From: a virus
Taxonomy: Duplodnaviria; Caudoviricetes
Length of the DNA: 39,295 nt
Direction: 5' to 3' (one strand)
Virus record (IMG/VR): IMGVR_UViG_3300020044_009226
Coordinates: 1-39,295 of that record
Positions 26,024 through 33,575 of the stretch are shown piece after piece; the first letter of the stretch is position 1; each line of letters starts with the position of its first letter. The notes beneath the pieces are model-generated. The model ran no database searches. It saw only the letters and a list, made by a program, of their open reading frames with translations, and was not told where the DNA came from. Position numbers and translations under genes: made by a program.

Positions 26024-26886
26024 ATTTATTAAAAGCTAGCTTTACCGGAGTTAAATCTATTGTAGTCCCTATGGCAATAATAGTAACTATTGCTGTCTTG
26101 TTATATTTTTTAAACCAAGTGTATGGAGACCTTTACAATGCAATACAAGCATATAATGCCAAAGACGCTTGGAGAGCTGTAGCCACCTTTAGTGGGTTAG
26201 CAGGGTTAGCCGTAATACTTGATAGCTATAAGACCTATGAACTAAATAAGCTACATATGAAGATGAGAACTTCCTTACTATCATTTTTGGTCGAAAATGA
26301 TTATACTGACAAAGCTAATAATCATGAAACCACACCTCAGCGATTGCAAGAAGACACTTTTAAGTTTACAGAAATAACAGTAGAACTTGCTGTTGCTTTT
26401 TTTGAAGCGGCAATTAAGATACCTTTGTTTATAGGTGTAATTGTAACACTTACTGATTGGAAAACTGGGGTCATTGTATTAGTAAGTGTTGTAGCCGGAA
26501 CAATATTATCAAAAGTTATGAGCACTAAGCTGGTTACAGCCAGAAGCGAATATGAATCGTCGGAGGCTATTTTAAGAGAATCTTTAAAAACAAAAACTCT
26601 AAAAGCTACCATTTATGATTCCGTATTAAAAACTTATGATGAATATAATAAGCAATTGAAAAAATTAACTTTTGTAACAGGTGGTCTAGGCCAAGGTTTT
26701 GTACTGCTACCATTCATCTTGCTTTTGCCTCTTTATTTTTCTAAGGTGTTGACATTAGGGTCTTTTTTTCAAAGTGTTCGAGCTTTGGATAAGATTATTC
26801 AATCATTGTCAGTAGTTATCGATAATCGTAATAAAATAACAATGTATTTAACTTCAAAAAAAAGACTTGAAGAACTTTTAAAGTAG
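26020..26886 (+). CDS. SbmA/BacA-like (YddA-type ABC transmembrane domain, no NBD) membrane protein
   Basis: Several TM segments with LYNAIQAYNA, PQRLQEDTFKF, EA.LR..L and LPFILLLPLYFS..LTLG...Q motifs. No Walker motifs in this or neighbouring genes. Confidence 0.8.
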   Translation: MNLLKASFTGVKSIVVPMAIIVTIAVLLYFLNQVYGDLYNAIQAYNAKDAWRAVATFSGLAGLAVILDSYKTYELNKLHMKMRTSLLSFLVENDYTDKANNHETTPQRLQEDTFKFTEITVELAVAFFEAAIKIPLFIGVIVTLTDWKTGVIVLVSVVAGTILSKVMSTKLVTARSEYESSEAILRESLKTKTLKATIYDSVLKTYDEYNKQLKKLTFVTGGLGQGFVLLPFILLLPLYFSKVLTLGSFFQSVRALDKIIQSLSVVIDNRNKITMYLTSKKRLEELLK

Positions 26887-26923
26887 TATAGAATCAATTT
26901 AAGGCCATTAGGGGGGCTTTGAG

Positions 26924-27274
26924 ATGAAATATGAAGTAACTATCATCGAAGGAAAAGGAAGAGGCTTAAAAGCCTTAAAACGAATTTTAGCAGATGAAAT
27001 TATACTGGAAAATCATATACTTGTAATAAGTGACATTTTGCTCAATGATGAGATTTTACGCTCCCATGTTATGCACTATTACGGTAAGCAAAACTGCATT
27101 ATGTTAGGGGAAACTACTCTAGTAAACCATGATGATAACCCAAACTGTGAAGTATTAATAGTATTAGACAAAAAATTACCTAAAGTGGTTTTAATAGCTA
27201 CAAGACCCATTAGAAAAGGTGAAGAGCTCACTATAAACTATGGACCTGATTACGATTATAAGAGGTTAAAATGA
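26924..27274 (+). CDS. SET-domain protein (lysine methyltransferase family)
   Basis: GKGRGLKA, LVNHDDNPN and IATRPIRKGEELTINYG..Y hallmark motifs. Confidence 0.92.
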   Translation: MKYEVTIIEGKGRGLKALKRILADEIILENHILVISDILLNDEILRSHVMHYYGKQNCIMLGETTLVNHDDNPNCEVLIVLDKKLPKVVLIATRPIRKGEELTINYGPDYDYKRLK

Positions 27275-27420
27275 ACTACAAAATTACAATCATTGACAAA
27301 TACAACATACAATCTACAATATATTTAAATACTTACAAAGAGCAACAATTTTGGATTCTTAAATTAAGAGAAACCAACCCAAATGCTATAAGCATAATCG
27401 GGGAAAAATTAGGAAGATAA
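27271..27420 (+). CDS. Small hypothetical protein (49 aa, not in the ORF track)
   Basis: ATGA overlap with the SET gene, GAGGT RBS: MNYKITIIDKYNIQSTIYLN... Confidence 0.55.
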   Translation: MNYKITIIDKYNIQSTIYLNTYKEQQFWILKLRETNPNAISIIGEKLGR

Positions 27421-27470
27421 AATATTTTTTAAAGTTCAATGCTTTCAATAAGTTAAAAATACCTTAACTA

Positions 27471-27500
27471 TTGACTAAAGAAACTAACCTGTGATACGAT
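27471..27500 (+). promoter_or_regulatory. Sigma70-type promoter of the ncRNA/ribozyme transcript
   Basis: TTGACT-18 bp-TACGAT with extended TG and an AT-rich upstream region; predicted +1 near 27507. Confidence 0.65.
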
Positions 27501-27506
27501 ATATTT

Positions 27507-27779
27507 AAGGAAGAAAAGGCCAGGAGGCCTCGGCAGGAAGCAAGCCAAGGAGGGCGCCAGGAGGGCAAAGGTAGGAGAGACAACCGACAGCAAACACTGA
27601 GCGGCCGACCACCAAAAAAAAGAAGAACAAAGGGAGGCTTCCCTGAGTTTGCAATAACAATAGTGAACGGAAAGGACACCGACTATGCCAACCCTCCGCA
27701 AGAGGGAAACACACGCCAAGCCGTCAGGTGCGAAGCGGCGAGTGGGATTTTGCAACCTCACAGAAGCTGACCTACCCAA
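27507..27779 (+). ncRNA. GGA-repeat structured RNA (CsrB/RsmZ-like candidate)
   Basis: Six AGGA motifs in about 70 nt, four in hairpin loops, then further GC-rich hairpins. No credible + strand ORF. Confidence 0.7.
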
Positions 27780-27862
27780 AGTCGAAAACACCAAAAGTCT
27801 GAAAAGAATAAACTCAGAGTAAACAATGGTGTTAAGCAAGTAAAGCTTGCTCTGATGAGACT
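27780..27862 (+). ncRNA. Type II hammerhead ribozyme HH1 (predicted cleavage after A27834)
   Basis: AGTC-GAAA-ACACCA[33 nt]TGGTGT-TA-AGCAAG-TAAAG-CTTGCT-CTGATGA-GACT: complete core with three perfect stems. Confidence 0.9.
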
Positions 27863-27881
27863 ACAGAAAAGGGAGACAGCT

Positions 27882-28025
27882 ATGAAAACGTTTATAGTTA
27901 AGTTCAAAGACAACACCGAGATGTGGTTTACAATAGAGTCAAAAGCTTTGTTACTATCCACATTAAGAATGTCTGGTATGATTAACAATGTAACTAAAGT
28001 TACTGAAGTTAATAACGAACAATAA
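27882..28025 (+). CDS. 47-aa protein between the two hammerheads (not in the ORF track)
   Basis: GGGAG RBS; MKTFIVKFKDNTEMWFTIESKALLLSTLRMSGMINNVTKVTEVNNEQ; the stop abuts HH2. Confidence 0.7.
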   Translation: MKTFIVKFKDNTEMWFTIESKALLLSTLRMSGMINNVTKVTEVNNEQ

Positions 28026-28077
28026 GTCCGAAACCAGGGAAACCTGGTCTACACGTAAAGCGTGTACTGATGAGACT
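28025..28077 (+). ncRNA. Type II hammerhead ribozyme HH2 (predicted cleavage after C28049)
   Basis: AGTC-C-GAAA-CCAGG-GAAA-CCTGG-TC-TACACG-TAAAG-CGTGTA-CTGATGA-GACT, with one bulged C in stem II. Confidence 0.88.
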
Positions 28078-28095
28078 AAGCAAGGAGAAAGTGTC

Positions 28096-28278
28096 ATGAT
28101 TAAACAAGTAATCAAAACACTGGCGGAAACGAAAGTTTACGTTCATGAGGACGGCTTACTAGAGCGTTTAATTAATAACAAGGAAGTAATGAAAAGATTA
28201 ACGGATGAACTTAAAAAGCAAGGAAGTATGCCAAGCAAAAGCTACATTAAGAAGGAGAAACTAAGTGAGAAACAGTAG
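28096..28278 (+). CDS. Hypothetical early protein
   Basis: 60 aa, AAGGAG RBS just after HH2. Confidence 0.65.
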   Translation: MIKQVIKTLAETKVYVHEDGLLERLINNKEVMKRLTDELKKQGSMPSKSYIKKEKLSEKQ

Positions 28279-28543
28279 AGTAACACACACAATTACAGAG
28301 CACATTGATGATGCTCAGATCTACCTTACAGTAGATGAAATTGTAAACGAATATGGAGATTTCGTAAGATTTGAAGACCTCTTTGTAGAGGTTGGCAAAA
28401 AGCATGAGCTACTTGATCCAAATGAAGACCAAGTAACTGATTTAGTACAATCCTTAGGGTTTGATAATCTGTTTAACTTATGCGAGCATATTGCCGATAA
28501 CGGTAACGTAGAGTACGATTACGGTACAGAATACGAGGACTAA
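28265..28543 (+). CDS. Acidic hypothetical early protein
   Basis: 92 aa, Asp/Glu-rich, AAGGAG RBS. Confidence 0.65.
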   Translation: MRNSRVTHTITEHIDDAQIYLTVDEIVNEYGDFVRFEDLFVEVGKKHELLDPNEDQVTDLVQSLGFDNLFNLCEHIADNGNVEYDYGTEYED

Positions 28544-28544
28544 A

Positions 28545-28805
28545 ATGACTATTTTAATTGACCCGGAAAAAGCACAGGTAGATGCTACAAGAAATTTGGC
28601 AACCGAACAAGCTAGATTGGCTAGAGCCCAAGAAAAAGCTAACGAGTTAAAAGAATTAGAAATAATTTTGTCTACAATGACTAAAGAAGAACAAAAAGCC
28701 TATTTACTTAAACGTGAATACGACAAAGAAAAAGCTAATATTTTGCTAGTTAAAATAGTAACAGTAGTTGTAGTAATTATAATTTTATATGTGTGGTTAA
28801 AATAA
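28545..28805 (+). CDS. Coiled-coil protein with C-terminal TM anchor
   Basis: 86 aa ending ILLVKIVTVVVVIIILYVWLK. Confidence 0.65.
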   Translation: MTILIDPEKAQVDATRNLATEQARLARAQEKANELKELEIILSTMTKEEQKAYLLKREYDKEKANILLVKIVTVVVVIIILYVWLK

Positions 28806-28978
28806 CAATGGACAAATCGGAAATAATCTTACAATACATAGCCTATAATAAAAATATAGGAATATGTGAGGCTATAGAAAACATATATCCAGAATTAGAT
28901 ATAGAAACAAAAATTGAGTTATTAGACCAGGTAGAAGACTTGATTTCAATGACTTACGAAACAAAGGCAATAAACTAA
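28793..28978 (+). CDS. Hypothetical protein
   Basis: 61 aa, coupled to the next gene. Confidence 0.55.
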   Translation: MVKITMDKSEIILQYIAYNKNIGICEAIENIYPELDIETKIELLDQVEDLISMTYETKAIN

Positions 28979-29481
28979 TGAAAAAACATGACTTAGTAAA
29001 GACAAAATCAGGGCACATATTTTTTATAACTGAAATAGAAAATGAATCAAGATATGGAGTTAAAGGCCAATTAGTTGTTAAAATGTGGGGTAACGGTAAA
29101 TTGGTTTATGACATTGAAAATGATGAATCAAAAAAGCCACAATCTAGAGGGACTTCCGGGTATCTTACGGATTGGGGATTAGAAGAAGAAGTTACTACGT
29201 CTAAAGCTATTTCAGCAGCTTCATGGACACAGGATGGCAATTATAGCTATGATTCTGACCCATTGGATATTGAATTAGTAGGAAAGCCTAAGCAATATGA
29301 CGCTATCAAACTTGATTCAGTTTTTGAATCAGAAAAAAAGACTTTAGTTTATTTGGATTACGATTCTGAATTTAAAGGATGGTTTAAAGAAGAAAACTAT
29401 ACGCCAAATGACGTAAAGGGGTTTGAAGAAGATAGATGGAGTAAAGTCTTAAATAAAAAAGTAAATTTTGACGGGTTTTAA
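28978..29481 (+). CDS. Hypothetical protein
   Basis: 167 aa; its stop overlaps the convergent late-gene stop. Confidence 0.7.
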   Translation: MKKHDLVKTKSGHIFFITEIENESRYGVKGQLVVKMWGNGKLVYDIENDESKKPQSRGTSGYLTDWGLEEEVTTSKAISAASWTQDGNYSYDSDPLDIELVGKPKQYDAIKLDSVFESEKKTLVYLDYDSEFKGWFKEENYTPNDVKGFEEDRWSKVLNKKVNFDGF

Positions 29482-29744
29482 GATAGCACTTTTAATAAAT
29501 AACCAATTAAAAATGTTAGGCTAGCAGTAAAGAATATAGTAAATACTTTTAAAAGGGTGTGGCCGGATGCTGATACCCTTTCTAAAGATTCTACTTTGTT
29601 TTCTAATACATTAACATTTTTTTCAATATTATCAATTTGTTTGGTACGCTCAGACACTAAAATTTTAAGCTCTTGTTGACTTAGGAGTATTTCTTTTAAA
29701 GTTTTTTCAATTTCTTTGTCTGGTGTAGTCATGTTATTATCCAT
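29478..29744 (-). CDS. Coiled-coil plus C-terminal TM protein (XhlA/holin-like architecture)
   Basis: Heptad-rich N-terminus and a single C-terminal TM; last gene of the late operon. Confidence 0.55.
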   Translation of the reverse strand: MDNNMTTPDKEIEKTLKEILLSQQELKILVSERTKQIDNIEKNVNVLENKVESLERVSASGHTLLKVFTIFFTASLTFLIGYLLKVLS

Positions 29745-29749
29745 AATAG

Positions 29750-29920
29750 TTATTGTTTTTTCATCGCAGCTTCTACGCCATTTTTTCCAGCCAATGCCAT
29801 GTACATTAACATGATTTCGTTCTTTACTTCAGGTACTATAATAATTACTATTGAAGCTATTATAAATCCTAAAAATGTCGACCGAATAAGGTCAGTCAAC
29901 CTTTCTTTAGTTTTTTTCAC
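29750..29920 (-). CDS. Small membrane protein, holin candidate (56 aa, not in the ORF track)
   Basis: GTG overlaps the upstream TAG: MKKTKERLTDLIRSTFLGFIIASIVIIIVPEVKNEIMLMYMALAGKNGVEAAMKKQ. Confidence 0.55.
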   Translation of the reverse strand: MKKTKERLTDLIRSTFLGFIIASIVIIIVPEVKNEIMLMYMALAGKNGVEAAMKKQ

Positions 29921-30312
29921 TATCCAAATGTTTTTGCTACAGCATGTACATGAACAATTCCAGAGTTAGTAGCGTTAATATATTTAACTCTAAACCAAGT
30001 AGCTGTTGTAATTCCAGTTTCTAATACGTGTGTAGCTGCTCCAGAAACCGCAATATTGGCTGCAACTGCTGAATTTACTAAGAAACTTACATTTTTCCAA
30101 TTTGTTGGAGTTGCTTGTCCTGGATCTCCAGGTTGAGTAGCTTCGTAAGATACTTCTACTGTTATAGTACCTGTCATAGTACCAGTAAAGTTAATCATTG
30201 CGCCTACAGAGTTAGCATAACTAATATCCATCCAGTTTGATGTATATGTATTTGTACCAGTTACTGCTGTAGTGTTAAGCAAAATAGCTTGCTGACTTCT
30301 TCTAGTTGCCAT
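29920..30312 (-). CDS. Beta-sandwich virion protein
   Basis: 130 aa Thr/Ala-rich: GTITVEVS...NW...WFRVKY. Confidence 0.55.
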   Translation of the reverse strand: MATRRSQQAILLNTTAVTGTNTYTSNWMDISYANSVGAMINFTGTMTGTITVEVSYEATQPGDPGQATPTNWKNVSFLVNSAVAANIAVSGAATHVLETGITTATWFRVKYINATNSGIVHVHAVAKTFG

Positions 30313-31303
30313 TGTTATTGTCTCCTAATAAATGGTTGTGGCAAGATGTTACAAGTTCCCTATTGTCATCAATAAGGTCACATTGATTTTTAAAAATTAG
30401 TTGTTTTTGATAATCTTTTTTTTCAGATTGCTCTAAAAGTGGAATTACAGATTGTTCAAAAATTTTTGGGTATACTTGAAATAGTTGTGAACTGATTTCC
30501 CCATCTATTATTTCATTCTTTTTTAAATAAGAATAGAATTTTTTTGGCTGTCTTAATAAAGTTAATAACATTTCAAATACATCGTTTTTAAATGGGTCTA
30601 AATCAGTTTGCGGTATATTTGTTTGAATCATATTAATAACTTGCGTTAGTTTATAAGCATATTCAAACGGTAAGTTAGATTCCATTAATGCTGAAGACAA
30701 ATCAAGTAATTGCAATTGTAAGTCTTCAATTTTTTTAGCTGGTTTATAATTTAATTCTTCAAAATCATCTTTAATATCAGAGGCTATAGAAATAATGTTA
30801 TTACAAGCAATTATACAATCTGTGACATTATCCAAAATTTCTTTGTTTGGGTCAATTGGTTGGTTACCTGTGCTTATTAACTTTCCTATTAATTCTGAAT
30901 CATCTGCAACTGCATCAAAAGTTGCTAATTGATTAGCTATTACTTTTTGAGCATAATTGGCGTCTATTTGTAATAATACACTAGATTGCCCAATTAAAAT
31001 ATCTTGCAAGTCTTGAAATAAATTAATTAATTTGGCGTCGCCATTATATAATTTAATTACTTGGTCTCTGTCTAAACACCCAGTAACATCACTAATAAAA
31101 ACATCTCTGATTTTATTAATAAGTTTATAATACTCTGCATCATCAGTAATTGAAATTATAGGAAGTTTAGCCAATTCATTAATTAATGTAATATAATTAG
31201 ATGGGTATAGTGAACCATTTAAATGTTCGCTTACCAAGTATTCATTTTCTTTGTCTTGGTCGCTTAATTTATCAATATTTAAATTTTCAAAAGCTATAGC
31301 CAT
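30302..31303 (-). CDS. Putative internal virion/ejection protein
   Basis: 333 aa acidic helical ORF, third in the ejection-protein position. Confidence 0.45.
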   Translation of the reverse strand: MAIAFENLNIDKLSDQDKENEYLVSEHLNGSLYPSNYITLINELAKLPIISITDDAEYYKLINKIRDVFISDVTGCLDRDQVIKLYNGDAKLINLFQDLQDILIGQSSVLLQIDANYAQKVIANQLATFDAVADDSELIGKLISTGNQPIDPNKEILDNVTDCIIACNNIISIASDIKDDFEELNYKPAKKIEDLQLQLLDLSSALMESNLPFEYAYKLTQVINMIQTNIPQTDLDPFKNDVFEMLLTLLRQPKKFYSYLKKNEIIDGEISSQLFQVYPKIFEQSVIPLLEQSEKKDYQKQLIFKNQCDLIDDNRELVTSCHNHLLGDNNNGN

Positions 31304-31312
31304 AAAAATACC

Positions 31313-32566
31313 TTATTTTTCAGCAGGCCCAAATATTTGTTTTGTAAACCCTCTTAAAAAAGCATCAGTAAGGCTACCCTCTTTTTTCGACTCTTCTTTT
31401 TTTGGAGCTTGTTGCGGGGCTACTGGAGGTGTATTTCTTACAGGCTCCGTAATTCCTAATCCAAATCTACTTTTTGCTTTTGAGGTGTCTACAGTTTGAC
31501 GAGGCACTCCAATATTTAATCCTAAATTATTAGTATATCCTAATATAGCAGCGCCTAACAAATTTGTAGTTTCAGATGAGCCAGATTTTATGTTGGCTTT
31601 ATGTATATTATCATAATCTAAAGTAGCGTTAGCAATTCTTTCATCTAAAGTTAGCATTAGTGTTTGGGCTTTTTCTATAGCTGTTTTATCTGTAACATTT
31701 TGTAATACATTTTCAATAGCCGCTCTATAACCAGATAACACTATAGCTTGAGATGCAGCTTTAGCCATTACATTTTCACCAGCAGAGGCTCTAACTTCTT
31801 TAGATAGTGCCCTAATTTGACCTTCTTGTTCAAATGCATTTTTAATTGATGTTTGTTGAGCATCAATATCTTGTTGAATTCTTTTTTCTAAAAACGCTAT
31901 TGCTGCATTTGGTTGACCAGTTAATCCTGCACCTATACCGCCCAATACTAAGGCTAATGTAACCATAGGGCCTTTACCATCAGCAGATATTTTTTCCATT
32001 AAACGGTTTGGATTAATTGCAATTTTTGATCTTAAATTAGTTAAAGCTTTTTCACTTTCTCCCAATATTTGGTCATTTAATTGCATTTGTTGTTTAGTAT
32101 ATTCAGCTGCATCAATACCTAAAGTAGTTGTACTTTTTGCGCCTTGAGTTGCATCCTCAGAAACAGGTGCGGCAGTTTTTTTCTGCTCTTCACCAATTGT
32201 TTCTGCGCCTTTTTTAGCTTTAATACCTTGTTCAATTAATTGTTTTTGAGCCTCATCAGCACGTTTATTTTCAAATACTGGGGCTTCCATACTTTGTTGA
32301 TTTTGAAATTGAGCTGCATCGGCACCTGCTTTAATAACGCCAAGACCTAGATTTAATCCTTCTCTAGCGAATATTGCAGGTATGCTAGGGGTAGTTGGTA
32401 AACTCTCCCCTGCTTGTTCTTGTCCTGCTATAGCAGATGCATCAATAACTGGATTATCTGTGCTCATTTGATTTGGGTCTATAACAAAAGGCAAAGAATT
32501 ATAAGTTTCATCTTTTATATTTCTATCTTGCAATAATTTTTGAGCATCTTCTTTAGAAATAGGCAT
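31313..32566 (-). CDS. Putative DNA ejection (internal virion) protein
   Basis: Ala/Gln-rich coiled coils with a hydrophobic LALVLGGIGAGLTGQPNAA segment. Confidence 0.65.
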   Translation of the reverse strand: MPISKEDAQKLLQDRNIKDETYNSLPFVIDPNQMSTDNPVIDASAIAGQEQAGESLPTTPSIPAIFAREGLNLGLGVIKAGADAAQFQNQQSMEAPVFENKRADEAQKQLIEQGIKAKKGAETIGEEQKKTAAPVSEDATQGAKSTTTLGIDAAEYTKQQMQLNDQILGESEKALTNLRSKIAINPNRLMEKISADGKGPMVTLALVLGGIGAGLTGQPNAAIAFLEKRIQQDIDAQQTSIKNAFEQEGQIRALSKEVRASAGENVMAKAASQAIVLSGYRAAIENVLQNVTDKTAIEKAQTLMLTLDERIANATLDYDNIHKANIKSGSSETTNLLGAAILGYTNNLGLNIGVPRQTVDTSKAKSRFGLGITEPVRNTPPVAPQQAPKKEESKKEGSLTDAFLRGFTKQIFGPAEK

Positions 32567-32569
32567 TGG

Positions 32570-33574
32570 TTAGTCCTTCTTTTTCTTATCTTTTTTGGCT
32601 ATTATTTTTTCTAGCATATCAACATTTTTTGCTAGATCTTGAACAGCTTTCATTGTAATACCAATAGCATCTTGAAATTTAATTGATTTACCGTCACCTT
32701 CAGTACCAAAAGTTTCTTTAAACTCTTCAGCATAAGGACCTACGTGAGTGCTTTCGTCAGCAATCCCATCTTTATAATCCCATTTTTCAATTCTCATATT
32801 TTTAATTTTATCAGCAGCTTCGCCGTCTTTTATTGGAGTTTTATTTTCTTTATATTCTTCCGATGAAAGCGTAATAGGTTGCATAACTCCTGGAGATATA
32901 CCTGGTACAGCAGATGTAGTAGGTGTCGGTTGAGCAGGAGCAAGTGCATAACTCATACCACCAGTTGCAGCACCTTGAGCAACCGCACCAACAAGATTAG
33001 CAAACCTACCTGAAAGCTCAGATTGTGCTTGTTGTTGTGTATTAAACATATTGCCAGCAGCAGATGCTTGATTTCCAGCTAATCCGCCGATTGCACCCAT
33101 AGTAGTACCTTGAGCACCTAATCTTTGTCCTAATATACCAGAAGATAAGTTACCAAACCCTTCACGAGCTGCAGCCATTTCCTGTGCCCTTAACATCGAC
33201 GCTTGGTTTGCTGTTTGTTGTCCTAATTGAGCTCCAACATCAGCAGATGCTCTTTGACGTGCTAATTGAGTAGCCATATTTCCAGAGTTTGCTAATGCGG
33301 CTTGTTGTGCTAAAGATTGGTCTAAACCTTGTTGTAATACAGCTTGGGCCTGAGATGGTGCATTACCTGTTGCAGCACCTTGTAATAAATTTAATGCCGC
33401 GTCAGTAGGTGCACCAGCTTGTTCAGTTTGAGCTAATTGCAGGTCTAATATAGATTGCAATACATTTTGTCTATTTTGAAGATTAGCTAATGCAGCATCA
33501 ACGTTACCAGTATCAGCCATTGGGTCAACACCAAAACCTAATGCTCTACCTATGCTATCAATTGCGTTACCCAT
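32570..33574 (-). CDS. Ejection/pilot protein with C-terminal peptidase S74 (intramolecular chaperone) domain
   Basis: Gly/Ala/Gln-rich N-terminal region, then SSEEYKENK...WDYK...HVGPYAEE...AVQDL coiled coil. Confidence 0.75.
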   Translation of the reverse strand: MGNAIDSIGRALGFGVDPMADTGNVDAALANLQNRQNVLQSILDLQLAQTEQAGAPTDAALNLLQGAATGNAPSQAQAVLQQGLDQSLAQQAALANSGNMATQLARQRASADVGAQLGQQTANQASMLRAQEMAAAREGFGNLSSGILGQRLGAQGTTMGAIGGLAGNQASAAGNMFNTQQQAQSELSGRFANLVGAVAQGAATGGMSYALAPAQPTPTTSAVPGISPGVMQPITLSSEEYKENKTPIKDGEAADKIKNMRIEKWDYKDGIADESTHVGPYAEEFKETFGTEGDGKSIKFQDAIGITMKAVQDLAKNVDMLEKIIAKKDKKKKD

Positions 33575-33575
33575 T

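Noticed and set aside
27684-27740. Resemblance to a c-di-GMP-I riboswitch (GCCAACCC..GCAA..GGG...ACGCCAAGCC)
   Set aside because: The GCAAAC and GCAAAG motifs are altered, there is an insertion after GGG, and no tetraloop receptor or P1 is evident. An Infernal search would settle it.
27464-27988. Four overlapping - strand ORFs (27464-27679, 27468-27839, 27505-27714, 27758-27988)
   Set aside because: They lack an RBS, have atypical composition, and are explained as stop-poor shadows of the GC-rich + strand ncRNA and ribozymes.
29750-29920. Apparent frameshift in the small holin-like gene
   Set aside because: On re-reading, GTA AAG AAC GAA is in frame and the ORF is an intact 56 aa.
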